Positions 1 through 9,893 of a stretch of 64,000 nt of DNA are shown one piece after another. The position numbers and the translations under genes were made by a program. The stretch lies in contig CAMPNZ010000001.1 in NCBI GenBank assembly GCA_946892075.1, positions 1,257 to 65,256 on the forward strand, in the 5' to 3' direction. Origin of the DNA: an uncultured Coriobacteriales bacterium. GTDB taxonomy: Bacteria; Actinomycetota; Coriobacteriia; Coriobacteriales; Eggerthellaceae. The notes under the pieces are model-generated. The model made no database searches. It was not told where the DNA came from and saw only the letters and a program-made list of their open reading frames with translations. Numbering within the stretch: position 1 is the first letter of the stretch; each line of letters starts with the position of its first letter.

Positions 1-177
1 CGCTCCTTTATGGGTTGGCCGCGTGTATACGATCCAAAACCAGGTGATATTGCAGTAAATAGCCATCACTGCGGTGTGTATATTGGTGGTGGACGTATGA
101 TTCATGCTGCTACTGAGCGTGTTGGTGTTATAGAGGGGCCTGTTCAAGCGGGTATGATATTTGTACGCCCGAACTAA
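1..177 (+). CDS. NlpC/P60-family peptidoglycan endopeptidase, C-terminal fragment (gene begins upstream of window)
   Basis: Open frame from window edge to TAA 175-177; tail ...HHCGVYIGGGRMIHAATERVGVIEGPVQ resembles the conserved His-containing C-terminus of NlpC/P60 peptidases. Confidence 0.5.
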   Translation, partial: RSFMGWPRVYDPKPGDIAVNSHHCGVYIGGGRMIHAATERVGVIEGPVQAGMIFVRPN

Positions 178-267
178 GACACAATGTGACGTACGCACAA
201 ACTCATATGTCGTACGCAACAAGCAGTAACTAACAAGCAGTAACTAACAAGCAGTAAGGGGCACATT

Positions 268-753
268 GTGTTGCAAGTGTGTATATATGCTGATGGAGCT
301 TCACGCGGCAACCCTGGCCCTGGTGGCTATGGCACCATCGTTCGTGTGCGCAATCAGGACATGTCCATCTCCCATCAGGAGTTTTCGCAAGGGTTTACCT
401 GCACAACGAACAATCGCATGGAACTTTTGGGCGTTATTGTGGGGCTTGAGAGCCTTGCGCAGCCTTGCAGCATTATGATACTCAGCGATTCAAAGTATGT
501 TGTGGACGCGTTTCAGCAGCACTGGGTGCAGTCGTGGATTGCGCATAATTGGAAAACAGCTGGTAAAAAGCCGGTAAAGAACGTTGATTTGTGGAAGCGC
601 TTGTTAAGCGCCTTGGAAGGTCATACCGTAGAATTTCGCTGGGTGAAAGGCCACAACGGTCACGAATTTAACGAGCGTTGCGACGAACTTGCAACAAGCG
701 CTGCCGACGACACGCAGCATCACATTCACGATGAAGGATTTTGCGGCGCTTAA
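268..753 (+). CDS. rnhA: ribonuclease HI
   Basis: GTG start 6 nt after AAGGGG; CIYADGASRGNPGPGGYG...ELLGVIVGLESL...ILSDSKYVV...WVKGHNGHEFNERCDELA is the RNase H catalytic-core pattern. Confidence 0.85.
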   Translation: MLQVCIYADGASRGNPGPGGYGTIVRVRNQDMSISHQEFSQGFTCTTNNRMELLGVIVGLESLAQPCSIMILSDSKYVVDAFQQHWVQSWIAHNWKTAGKKPVKNVDLWKRLLSALEGHTVEFRWVKGHNGHEFNERCDELATSAADDTQHHIHDEGFCGA

Positions 754-759
754 TTACCA

Positions 760-1341
760 CTACGCGCGCGCGGCCGCCAGCACCTGTTTCAGCGCATCGA
801 TGCCAGCGCCTGTTGCCGCTGACGTTGGCACAATCTGCTGCTCATCAGCTATATCAAGAAGCGCCCGCATACGCGCAATCCGCTGCGCCGCCGCCGCGCG
901 CGACAGCTTGTCGGCTTTCGTAAGCACAAGGCAAAACGGAATGCGCGCCTCTTGCAAAAAGCGTATCATGTGTTCGTCAAGAGGGCTTATGTCGTGGCGA
1001 ATGTCGCTTAACACGCACACAAGCGCAAAATTGCGTTCCTGGTTGAAATAGCCTTCAATAAGCTCGCTCCAGCGCAGCTTTTCCTGTTTCGATACACGCG
1101 CATATCCGTAGCCCGGCAAATCGACAAAGCGCACACCGTCGCAAGAAAAAAAGTTAATGGTGGCTGTTTTTCCCGGCGTACTTGATACTTTCGCCAAATT
1201 TTTTCGATTGAATAGTTTGTTAAGAAGCGACGATTTTCCCACGTTCGATCGGCCCGCGAAGGAAATTTCGGCGCAGGTGGAAGGGGGAAGTTGCGATGAT
1301 ACACCAAACGCTTTCTCGAATGTTACGCGGTTAAAATTCAC
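760..1341 (-). CDS. engB: ribosome-biogenesis GTP-binding protein EngB/YihA
   Basis: EISFAGRSNVGKSSLLN (G1), DLPGYGYA (G3), LTKADK (G4) motifs; GTG start preceded by AAAGGGGAA. Confidence 0.85.
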   Translation of the reverse strand: MNFNRVTFEKAFGVSSQLPPSTCAEISFAGRSNVGKSSLLNKLFNRKNLAKVSSTPGKTATINFFSCDGVRFVDLPGYGYARVSKQEKLRWSELIEGYFNQERNFALVCVLSDIRHDISPLDEHMIRFLQEARIPFCLVLTKADKLSRAAAAQRIARMRALLDIADEQQIVPTSAATGAGIDALKQVLAAARA

Positions 1342-1351
1342 AAGTTCCCCT

Positions 1352-1387
1352 TTGTATTGCTTGTATTGCTTGTATTGCTTGTTACTT
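1352..1387. repeat. tandem 9-mer (ttgtattgc x3 plus a partial copy) between engB start and a small upstream ORF
   Basis: direct reading of sequence. Confidence 0.6.
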
Positions 1388-1396
1388 GAACAGGTA

Positions 1397-1489
1397 TTAT
1401 TGGCCGTGTTTGTGTGACTCTTGGTATCCTGTTACAAACGACATAACGAAGCATATCATACCGATAACAGCCCATGTTTTGTGTTTCAT
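1397..1489 (-). CDS. candidate 30-aa single-TM small protein or leader peptide (MKHKTWAVIGMICFVMSFVTGYQESHKHGQ)
   Basis: ATG 6 nt downstream of a strong SD (GAGAGGAG) on the minus strand, directly upstream of engB; below the ORF-track length cutoff. Confidence 0.3.
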   Translation of the reverse strand: MKHKTWAVIGMICFVMSFVTGYQESHKHGQ

Positions 1490-1751
1490 AGAAGCTCCTC
1501 TCTTCACAGAATCAACCTTACTGTAACTATACACTACTTTTGCGCAAAACGCGCGGCGTCAACGTTTTGTAACTAGTTTACTGGGGTTTATAAAATACTC
1601 TCTGAACTGGGAAAAAGTTGCCCCATGCTTACGCTTCAAGTTACCCTAGACTTTGCAAAATTGAACGGTTATGCTTAGTTACACAACATCGAAGGCATGC
1701 GGGAAAGGGATGCCTACGATGCAACAAAAAACACAGAGGAAAGGACTCATC

Positions 1752-2054
1752 ATGAAGGATTGTACAAAAAGCACGCTTTTAGTAGGCGCAGGTATTTTGG
1801 CAGGTGTTGTAGGTGCGAAGGTTCTCACATCGCCTTGCGCAAAATCGGCTTATGTTCGCGCGATTGCAGGCGGCATGAAGGTTCGCAATTCGTATGAAAC
1901 CATGGTTGAACAGGCTAAAGTTGAGTACGACGACCTTGTAGCAAAAGCAAGCTACCTCAACGCAGAAGGTGCACACACCGATTCTTGCGGATGCGGCTGC
2001 GAAAGCACTCAGCACAAGCAAGACGATGCTGCTTCAAAAGACGCCAGCAAATAA
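1752..2054 (+). CDS. membrane-anchored small protein with C-terminal DSCGCGCES cysteine motif (possible metal-binding partner of the downstream ATPase)
   Basis: ATG 6 nt after AGAGGAAAGGA; one N-terminal TM helix; CGCGC motif near C-terminus; sits immediately upstream of a P1B-type ATPase. Confidence 0.5.
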   Translation: MKDCTKSTLLVGAGILAGVVGAKVLTSPCAKSAYVRAIAGGMKVRNSYETMVEQAKVEYDDLVAKASYLNAEGAHTDSCGCGCESTQHKQDDAASKDASK

Positions 2055-2120
2055 GCGCCTGCAGTAAGCGCATCACATCTCCACATTAGTAAGTATCCAT
2101 TATCGTAAGAGTGAGAACGA

Positions 2121-4352
2121 GTGAAATATTCAGTTATAACATCTCTCCCTGGGTATGTACGCATTGCACTTGCAGGGCGCGTGCCGCTTGACGACGTCAG
2201 CGTATTGTGCGCCCTGGTCAAGGAATGCAGCTGCGTGACGCATTGCGATATTTATCCTCATTCAGGCATTATGGTGCTGCGCTACACGCCTAGCGATACC
2301 GCGCACCATGTGCTTGCTGGGGAAGTGGCTGCTGACAGCGCTCGTCGCCATGCCAGCGCCATCGTCGCACGTGCCGATGCCAGCCGCGCGTTCCGCAGAC
2401 GCCTTGTGAAAAAGGCCGATGCTATATGCGAACTACCTGCGTCGTTGCGCGCAACGCTTGACGCTATTACGCTTGAAGGCATTCAGCACATGCGCGCGAA
2501 GCATCCGTACCACACCACCATTCAAACAACGCAGCTGGTGGCAGACCTTAGCTGGCTAACACTTATGTATTGGCTTCGCCGTTTGTTCTTGCCCAAGCCG
2601 CTTGCGCTGATCAGCGCGCTGTGGACGTATCGCCAGTTCTTCTTTGAAGGCGTGAAAAGCATCATGCATCTGCGTATGGATGTGCCTTTACTTGACGCCT
2701 CCGCCATTGGCGTGTCGTTTTTGCAAGGCAAGCCGCGCTGTGCGTCCGAAACCATGTTCCTGCTGCAAACAGGGGAAACGCTGGAAGACTACACGCGCAA
2801 CCGCTCCGAAGGTGCGCTTATTGACGCGCTGCTTGATGTTCCGCAAACCGCGCTGCGCGTGATTGACGACACCGAGCAGGAAGTTTCCCTCTCCGAGCTG
2901 CACGTAGGCGACGTGATTGCCATTCGCATTGGCATGGCTATTCCGGTGGACGCAGAAGTGGTCAGCGGATGCGCCATGGTAAATCAGGCGTCATTCACCG
3001 GCGAACCTCTTGCTATTAAGCGTGTGGCGGGCGACCGCGTTTTCGCAGGTACAACGGTTGAAGATGGCGAAATTCTTGCCAAGCTGGTATCGGAGCCTGC
3101 AAACACGCGTCTGCGCAGTGTGGTTGACTTGGTGAAGAATTCCGAAGCGCATAAATCGAAGCAGCAATCGCGCTTCGAGCAGTTTGCCTCGCAAATGGTT
3201 CCGTGGAACTTTGCGCTTGCAGGCGGTGTTGGCGCGCTTACGGGCAATGTGTCGAAAGCTTCCGCCGCGCTGATGGTTGACTATTCGTGCGGAATGCGTT
3301 TAACCTCGTCAATCGCCGTTTTAAGCGCCATGCGCGCCTGTGCATCCATGGGCTTTACGGTACGCGGCTCGCGCTATTTCGACGCGCTTGCTCACGCCGA
3401 CACCATCGTGTTCGACAAAACGGGCACCATCACGGAAGCTTCGCCAACGGTTACGCGCGTGCTTGCGTTTGGATCGTGGAACGAAACCGAGGTGCTGCGT
3501 TTTGCAGCGTGCCTTGAGGAACATTTCCCGCATCCTGTTGCGCGTGCTGTGGTTAACGCCGCAGCTGAGAAGCACCTGAACCACCGCGAGCGCCATGCCG
3601 ACGTTGAGTACATTGTGGCGCACGGCATTGTGTCGTCGCTTGACGGAAAGCGCGTTGTTATTGGCTCCGAGCATTTCGTGGTAGAAGACGAAGGCGTGGA
3701 AATTTCTGCAAAGCAGCGTGCGCGCATTGACGAGGAAACAAAGGGCTCGTCGCCGTTGTTCCTGGCAGTTGACGGAAAACTGGTTGGCGTACTGGGCATT
3801 ACCGATCCGCTGAAGCCGGGCGTTAAGCTTGCGCTTGATAAGCTGCGCCGCATAGGCGTGAAGCGCATTATTATGCTGACGGGCGACAATCATCGTGCTG
3901 CAGCGCATATCGCAAGTCAGGCGGGCGTTACCGAGTGGCGCGCGAACTTGTTGCCGCAAGACAAGCACAGTTTCGTGCAAAGCTTGAAAGAGCAAGGTGC
4001 GCGCGTGGTGATGGTTGGCGATGGCGTAAACGATGCTCCAGCGCTTGCATGCGCCGATTGCGGCGTTGCGATGGGCTCGGGAAGTGCGGTTGCGCGTGAA
4101 GCGGCCGACATTACGCTTACGAACGGCAACATCGACGCGCTGTGCAACATCATTTTGCTTTCGCGCGAGTTGATGAAGCGCATGAACACCTCATTTGCGC
4201 AGGTTATGGGCTTGAACACGCTGTTTATGGCACTGGGCATTTTGGGGATTGTGACGCCGCAAACGTCGTCGTTGCTGCATAATTCGACCACCATTGGACT
4301 GTCGATTTTGTCGGGACGTCGCTACAAGACGCAAAAGCGCGCGATGCAGTAG
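2121..4352 (+). CDS. heavy-metal-translocating P-type ATPase (P1B family, atypical TM6 motif)
   Basis: TGEP actuator motif, DKTGTIT phosphorylation site, HP motif (EHFPHPVA), GDGVNDAPALA hinge; no N-terminal CxxC; TM6 carries YSCG where CPC is expected. Confidence 0.8.
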   Translation: MKYSVITSLPGYVRIALAGRVPLDDVSVLCALVKECSCVTHCDIYPHSGIMVLRYTPSDTAHHVLAGEVAADSARRHASAIVARADASRAFRRRLVKKADAICELPASLRATLDAITLEGIQHMRAKHPYHTTIQTTQLVADLSWLTLMYWLRRLFLPKPLALISALWTYRQFFFEGVKSIMHLRMDVPLLDASAIGVSFLQGKPRCASETMFLLQTGETLEDYTRNRSEGALIDALLDVPQTALRVIDDTEQEVSLSELHVGDVIAIRIGMAIPVDAEVVSGCAMVNQASFTGEPLAIKRVAGDRVFAGTTVEDGEILAKLVSEPANTRLRSVVDLVKNSEAHKSKQQSRFEQFASQMVPWNFALAGGVGALTGNVSKASAALMVDYSCGMRLTSSIAVLSAMRACASMGFTVRGSRYFDALAHADTIVFDKTGTITEASPTVTRVLAFGSWNETEVLRFAACLEEHFPHPVARAVVNAAAEKHLNHRERHADVEYIVAHGIVSSLDGKRVVIGSEHFVVEDEGVEISAKQRARIDEETKGSSPLFLAVDGKLVGVLGITDPLKPGVKLALDKLRRIGVKRIIMLTGDNHRAAAHIASQAGVTEWRANLLPQDKHSFVQSLKEQGARVVMVGDGVNDAPALACADCGVAMGSGSAVAREAADITLTNGNIDALCNIILLSRELMKRMNTSFAQVMGLNTLFMALGILGIVTPQTSSLLHNSTTIGLSILSGRRYKTQKRAMQ

Positions 4353-4417
4353 TACGTGCGCTGCTTGCGCGAAGGCGCGGGCCTGTTACGCACACAACTG
4401 ATGAACAGTATAAAAGA

Positions 4418-4451
4418 GGTACGGTATGCAGAAATGCGCTGTACCTTTTTT
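4418..4451 (+). terminator. candidate rho-independent terminator after the ATPase gene
   Basis: imperfect hairpin GGTAC...GTACC followed by TTTTTTG. Confidence 0.4.
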
Positions 4452-4672
4452 GTGCGCGCTCGCACCCGTTCCCCATGCTTTACCTGCGTATATGCATCGT
4501 TGTGGAAAACTCGCGTAAACGCAAAAACACGCACTTTTTTGTTTCATTTTGCGGTAAAATTCAAAGGCTGTTTTTATTACACATGCTGGTGTTACTAAGC
4601 GCTGCCCGTGGCTTGAAAAAGTTGCAGCGTAAGGGTTTGACCACCGGCAGAGGACTAACGAATGGAGTAACA

Positions 4673-5458
4673 ATGGAAAAAATCAGTATTCAAACCCTGC
4701 TTGAAGCAGGCGCGCACTTCGGCCATCAGGCACGTCGCTGGAACCCAAAAATGAAACCTTACATTTTTGGCAAGCGCGGCGACATCTATATTTTCGACCT
4801 TAAGAAAACGCTCATTGGCCTTGATAACGTATACACATTTGTGTCGCAGCTGGCTAAAAAAGGCGGCACGGTGCTGTTCGTAGGCACGAAAAAACAAGCT
4901 CAGGAAGCTGTTGCCGATGCTGCTAATCGTTGCGGCATGCCGTATGTGAATTCTCGCTGGTTAGGCGGTATGCTTACCAACTTCGTTACTATTCGCTCAC
5001 GCGTGAAGCGCATGGAAGAGCTTGAAGCGATGGACGCTGACGGTCGCATGGCTGTTCTTCCTAAAAAAGAGCAAATTTTGCTGCATAAAGAGCTTGCGAA
5101 ATTGCAAACAAACTTAAACGGTATTCGCTCGATGACACGCACTCCTGACGCGGTGTTTGTTGTTGATACTAATCGTGAAAGCTTGGCTGTTCACGAGGCT
5201 CGTCGCCTGGGCTTAAGCGTTGTTGGTACCCTTGATACCAACTGCGACCCTGATGATGTCGATTACGGCATTCCTGCAAATGACGATGCTATTCGTGCGG
5301 TTTCGCTGTTCACGAATTTTGTTGCCGAGGCTGTTATTGCTGGTACCGGCACACAAGTAACCGCTGAAGAAATGGAAGCGGCAACTCAGGAAGCCGCCGC
5401 TGCTGCTGACGCTGCGGAAGCTGACGCCGCTGCTGAACAGGCAACTCCTGAGGCATAA
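4673..5458 (+). CDS. rpsB: 30S ribosomal protein S2
   Basis: MEKISIQTLLEAGAHFGHQARRWNPKM...; GGAG SD; Ala/Glu-rich C-terminal extension. Confidence 0.92.
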   Translation: MEKISIQTLLEAGAHFGHQARRWNPKMKPYIFGKRGDIYIFDLKKTLIGLDNVYTFVSQLAKKGGTVLFVGTKKQAQEAVADAANRCGMPYVNSRWLGGMLTNFVTIRSRVKRMEELEAMDADGRMAVLPKKEQILLHKELAKLQTNLNGIRSMTRTPDAVFVVDTNRESLAVHEARRLGLSVVGTLDTNCDPDDVDYGIPANDDAIRAVSLFTNFVAEAVIAGTGTQVTAEEMEAATQEAAAAADAAEADAAAEQATPEA

Positions 5459-5491
5459 GCGCTCTATAAGGTTTTAACGAAAGGATATAAG

Positions 5492-6352
5492 ATGGCTGCT
5501 ATTACTGCTGCTATGGTAAAAGAACTTCGCGAGATGACAGGCGCTGGCATGATGGAATGCAAGAAAGCCTTAAGCGAAGTTGACGGCAATATGGAAGCTG
5601 CGGTAGATGTTTTGCGCACACGTGGTTTGGCTGCAGCTGCTAAAAAGGCTGGTCGCGCAACCGACGAGGGCACCATTTGCGCGCTTGTTGCCGATGACGG
5701 CAAAAGCGGTGTTGTGCTTGAGCTGAATTGCGAAACCGACTTCGTTGGCATGAACGAAAAGTTCAAGGCGTATGCTTCTCGCATTGCTGCTATCGCGCTT
5801 GCTCACAACTGCTCCGACGTTGAACAGCTGAAAGGTTTAAGCGATGGCACCGATACGGTAAACGACATTATCACCGACGCAGTTCACGTGTTGGGCGAGA
5901 ATGTAAATTTGTCGCGCGTACAGGTACTTTCGGGTGCTGCATGCACATCCTACATTCACATGGGTGGCAAAATTGGCGTATTGACGCTGTTCGACGTAGA
6001 AGGCATCGATCCTACGAATGCCGATTTCGTAGCCTATGGCCGCAACGTATGTATGCAGGTAGCTGCGGTAAACCCTGTGTCTGCGAATCGCGAGTCGGTA
6101 GACAGCGCAACCGTTGAGCATGAGCGATCCATTTATGTTGCTCAAGCTGCTGAATCGGGTAAACCGGAAGCTATTCAGCACAAAATTGCTGAAGGCCGCC
6201 TTGAGAAGTTCTTCAAAGAGAATTGCTTAAGCGAGCAAGATTACGTGAAGAACCCCGATCAAACGATTTCCGAGTACACGCAGGAAGTTGCTAAACAGCT
6301 GGGCGGCAAAATTGCCATTAACAGCTTTGTTCGTTTCTCATTAGGCGAATAA
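5492..6352 (+). CDS. tsf: elongation factor Ts
   Basis: MAAITAAMVKELREMTGAGMMECKKAL... UBA-like N-terminus plus EF-Ts core; AAAGGA SD; immediately downstream of rpsB. Confidence 0.92.
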   Translation: MAAITAAMVKELREMTGAGMMECKKALSEVDGNMEAAVDVLRTRGLAAAAKKAGRATDEGTICALVADDGKSGVVLELNCETDFVGMNEKFKAYASRIAAIALAHNCSDVEQLKGLSDGTDTVNDIITDAVHVLGENVNLSRVQVLSGAACTSYIHMGGKIGVLTLFDVEGIDPTNADFVAYGRNVCMQVAAVNPVSANRESVDSATVEHERSIYVAQAAESGKPEAIQHKIAEGRLEKFFKENCLSEQDYVKNPDQTISEYTQEVAKQLGGKIAINSFVRFSLGE

Positions 6353-6380
6353 CTGCTTTTTGCTGTTACGTTTCGAGAGA

Positions 6381-6417
6381 GGCTGGTTTGCATCGTGCAA
6401 GCCAGCCTTTTCTTTTT
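6381..6417 (+). terminator. rho-independent terminator after tsf
   Basis: GGCTGGTTTGCA-tcg-TGCAAGCCAGCC stem followed by TTTTCTTTTT. Confidence 0.6.
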
Positions 6418-6501
6418 ATATTCCTACAAGGCGTACGCTGCTGTGCGCGGTGTGCGCGTTTGCTGGTATACTAGCAAGTATCAAAAAAGATAGGTGCTAC
6501 T

Positions 6502-7779
6502 ATGTCAAGCAATGAAGTTATTGTTGTTACAGGAAATAATACGCTTACGGGCAGTGTTCAGGTATCAGGTGCAAAGAATTCTGCGCTCAAACTGATTGCC
6601 GCTTCTATTTTAGGGAACGGGAAAAGCGTTATCCGCAATGTTCCCGATATTTCAGATATTTCGGTAATGGTGCAGGTGTTAGCCGCCTTAGGCGCAAACG
6701 TTACGCGAAACGATCACTACTTAACTATCGACACGCACGCGGTTGATAAGTACGATACGCCCTACGAGCTGGTAAGTAAGATGCGCGCCAGCATTTCTAT
6801 TTTGGGCCCGTTGATTGCGCGTTTCGGGCGTGCTCACGTTGCCATGCCGGGCGGTTGTCAAATTGGTGCGCGTAAAATTGACATGCACCTCAAAGGCCTT
6901 GAAGCGCTTGGCGTGCATTTTAACGTTGAACACGGCTTTTTGAAAGCAACAACGCCCGATGGCTTGCATGGTGCCGAAATCATCCTTGATTTCCCCAGCG
7001 TGGGCGCAACCGAAAATCTGCTGATGGCAGCCGTGTGCGCCGATGGTATCACGCGCATCGAGAACGCCGCGCGCGAGCCTGAAATTGAAGATTTGGCGTC
7101 GATGCTGTGCAGTATGGGCGCGCACGTAAGCGGTGCGGGCACGTCAACTATCGAAGTGGAAGGCGTGCCGTTTGCGCGTTTGCACCCGTGCGAGCACACC
7201 ACCTGCGGCGATCGTATTGAAGCGGGCACGTTTTTGGCGGGCGGGGCGCTTACGGGCGGCCCTGTTACCGTTCACGGCGTAAACCCCAACTTTTTGCGCA
7301 TGGCGCTGATGAAGCTTGAAGCGATGGGTTGCACCATTGAAACCACGCTCGATTCAATTACCGTTTCTCGCAAAACGCCACTTCAGGCGCTTGATATTCA
7401 AACGCTGCCGCATCCAGGTTTTCCGACCGACTTGCAAGCGCAGTTCATGTTGTTGTGTGCGTGCGCGCAAGGTTCGTCGGTCATTACCGAAAATGTGTTT
7501 GAGAACAGGTTTATGTTTGGCGCTGAGCTGCGGCGCATGGGCGCGCGTATCACAATTGAAGACCATCACGCGCTGGTTGAGGGTAATTGCGTGTTGCAAG
7601 GCGCGCCGGTTACGTCCACCGATTTGCGTGCGGGCGCAGCTTTAGTGCTTGCGGGTATTGTTGCCGAAGGTCAAACGGTTGTGCACAAAATTGAGCATAT
7701 CGATCGCGGCTACGAGCATTTTACGGAAAAGTTGAACAGCTTGGGTGCGTGCGTGAAGCGCGTTCAGGTGTGCGACTAG
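6502..7779 (+). CDS. murA: UDP-N-acetylglucosamine 1-carboxyvinyltransferase
   Basis: full-length MurA/EPSP-fold pattern (GNNTLTGSVQVSGAKNSALKLIAAS...). Confidence 0.9.
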   Translation: MSSNEVIVVTGNNTLTGSVQVSGAKNSALKLIAASILGNGKSVIRNVPDISDISVMVQVLAALGANVTRNDHYLTIDTHAVDKYDTPYELVSKMRASISILGPLIARFGRAHVAMPGGCQIGARKIDMHLKGLEALGVHFNVEHGFLKATTPDGLHGAEIILDFPSVGATENLLMAAVCADGITRIENAAREPEIEDLASMLCSMGAHVSGAGTSTIEVEGVPFARLHPCEHTTCGDRIEAGTFLAGGALTGGPVTVHGVNPNFLRMALMKLEAMGCTIETTLDSITVSRKTPLQALDIQTLPHPGFPTDLQAQFMLLCACAQGSSVITENVFENRFMFGAELRRMGARITIEDHHALVEGNCVLQGAPVTSTDLRAGAALVLAGIVAEGQTVVHKIEHIDRGYEHFTEKLNSLGACVKRVQVCD

Positions 7780-7785
7780 CAAGGG

Positions 7786-9297
7786 GTGAGAGGTGCTGTG
7801 TTTCAAAAAAAGGTTAATCTGCGTTTAGGAAAGCGAGCTACCAAAGCGGAGTCTGAAACGCTTGGTTCGCGTAATCCTTTATCGCATGGAAAACATGCAG
7901 CGCCATCTTCCCGTTCTCCTTTTCGGAGACACTTTTCAAAACGAAAGCAACAGAGCACAAGCGATACCTGTGACATAGGAAACTTGGTAAGTTTTGATGC
8001 GCGTTCACGTGCTGAACAGCGTGCGTCCCTGCGCGTAAAAAACCACGCAAGCCGCCGCGTGCGCAAGCCACGGACGTGGGCGCTGCCTATCGTTGTTGTG
8101 TTGCTGGTTGTTATTGTTGGCGCAGGTATTGGCGCAGGTTACGGCTTCTACGCCATTTCGGTTCGCTCGAACGAATCCATTCAAAGTGGCAACATCAAGC
8201 AAGCGCTTACACCGCCAAAAAACAAAAATGCCAGCATTGTGCTGCTGAACGTGACGCTTCCGCAAGAAACCTACACCGGCTTGCCCGATCATACCTCGCT
8301 GCTTGCGCTGCTGCGCGTCGATGCCAAGCAGCAGACGTTTCGCATTCTTAGCTTGCCGTATTTTGCGTACCTGAAAGGGCGCCAGGATAATTCGCTTGCG
8401 CATGCAGCTCAGCGCGGCGACGATGCGCTTATTCGTGCCGTAACCATTATGACAGGCGTTCCCGTGAATCACTATATGGCCATTTCAGGCCCGCAATTTG
8501 CGGAACTTGTTGACACGCTGGGTGGCATTTCCGCTACCTTGCCGAAAGACGTTGACGACCCCTTTGCCGGCTGGCGTTTTCTTCATGCTGGCGCCCAGAC
8601 CTTAGACGGCTACGACACCTTGGTGTGGGCGCGCGCGACCAATTTCCCGAAGGCGCTGCAAACGCAGGCGGAAAATCAGGCTATGCTGGTGAAAGCGCTG
8701 TTCAAGCGCTTGTGCGACCAAACGAACGGGCGCAGCATTGGGCAGTCGGTTGATGCGTTGCAGAAATATGTGCGCTCGGATATGCCCAGTAACGATATTC
8801 GCACGATGATTGAAGCGGCTGCGAGTATTGATGCTTCGGGCTGGGAAGCACATTCGCTACCTGGGGAAACGGTAGGTGAGTTGAATCCGCAGGCGCCTCA
8901 GAGTGCCTTTGTGGTGTACGAGAAACAAACAAACCAGCTTGTGAATTGCTTTTTGGCCGATGCACCTGCGGATCGATCTGCTGAAGTACACAGCGACGTT
9001 GACGTGTCAAGCTTTTCGATAGAGGTACAAAACGGCACGTCAAAGGCAGGGATAGGAAAGGAAGTTGGCGACTATCTGGTGTCGCGCAACTGTTCGGTGG
9101 CGGCAGTTGGCAATGCTGAGCAGCCCATTTTTAAGGAAACGCTGGTGGTGTATCAGCCTGGATTCCAGGATGAGGCGAATGCTGTTGTTTCGCTACTTGG
9201 TTTTGGGCGCAGTGTGAAAAACGTTGGCTATTACACGATGAACAGTTCCGTGCTGGTAATTGTGGGAAGCGACAATGAGCGGCTGCCTCGCACGTAA
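7786..9297 (+). CDS. LytR-CpsA-Psr (LCP) family cell-wall glycopolymer transferase
   Basis: basic cytoplasmic N-terminus, one TM helix (WALPIVVVLLVVIVGAGIG), LCP-domain pattern (ILSLP...VNHYMAISGPQFAELVDTLGGISATLPKDVDD) and a LytR_C-like tail. Confidence 0.75.
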   Translation: MRGAVFQKKVNLRLGKRATKAESETLGSRNPLSHGKHAAPSSRSPFRRHFSKRKQQSTSDTCDIGNLVSFDARSRAEQRASLRVKNHASRRVRKPRTWALPIVVVLLVVIVGAGIGAGYGFYAISVRSNESIQSGNIKQALTPPKNKNASIVLLNVTLPQETYTGLPDHTSLLALLRVDAKQQTFRILSLPYFAYLKGRQDNSLAHAAQRGDDALIRAVTIMTGVPVNHYMAISGPQFAELVDTLGGISATLPKDVDDPFAGWRFLHAGAQTLDGYDTLVWARATNFPKALQTQAENQAMLVKALFKRLCDQTNGRSIGQSVDALQKYVRSDMPSNDIRTMIEAAASIDASGWEAHSLPGETVGELNPQAPQSAFVVYEKQTNQLVNCFLADAPADRSAEVHSDVDVSSFSIEVQNGTSKAGIGKEVGDYLVSRNCSVAAVGNAEQPIFKETLVVYQPGFQDEANAVVSLLGFGRSVKNVGYYTMNSSVLVIVGSDNERLPRT

Positions 9298-9300
9298 GTG

Positions 9301-9360
9301 GCGCGGGTGCGCGGCGTGTGAGGCGTGAGGCGCGCGGGTGCGCGGCGTGTGCGAGGCGTG
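9301..9360. repeat. GC-rich tandem direct repeat (about 28-bp unit, 2 copies)
   Basis: gcgcgggtgcgcggcgtgtg(c)gaggcgtg repeated. Confidence 0.6.
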
Positions 9361-9536
9361 CGTGGCGCGTGTGAGGCGCTTGCGCGTGAACGGATCTGTT
9401 GCGCCGCGTTCGTAACCCGAACCTGCCATGTAAGCGCAGGTAAGGCGCGTGTTGGGCGCAGGTAAAGCAGCCGTTTGCAGCATAAGTATCTAAATGGTAG
9501 CACTTTGCAGGCGCGCACCGTAAAGCCTGTGCGCTG

Positions 9537-9545
9537 TGGTACAAT
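9537..9545 (+). promoter_or_regulatory. candidate extended -10 element (TGgTACAAT) upstream of the nifU-like gene
   Basis: sequence match only. Confidence 0.25.
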
Positions 9546-9662
9546 TTTTCCGATTTCAAGAATGCGCTGGTAGCGCGTGCAATTCCGCACAGCGTATCCG
9601 TTGCGTGCGCGTTCTAAGACGAGTGAGAGCAGCGCCCCAGGTGCGCTGGCGAGAGGAATAGT

Positions 9663-9893
9663 ATGGTAGATAAAAATGAAGTTCAAACAGTGCTCGATTT
9701 AATTCGTCCCAGCCTGATTGCCGATGGCGGCGACGCCACCTTGCTTGATATTTCGGAAGACGGCGTTGTAACTGTGCAGCTTACGGGCGCGTGCAATGGT
9801 TGCCCGCTGTCTGCGATGACGCTTGCACATGGTATCGAGCGTATTTTGAAGGAACGCGTCGAAGGCGTCACGCGCGTTGTTGCTGCTGAATAA
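9663..9893 (+). CDS. NifU-like Fe-S cluster assembly domain protein (Nfu type)
   Basis: 76 aa with GACNGCP motif; GAGAGGAA SD. Confidence 0.8.
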   Translation: MVDKNEVQTVLDLIRPSLIADGGDATLLDISEDGVVTVQLTGACNGCPLSAMTLAHGIERILKERVEGVTRVVAAE

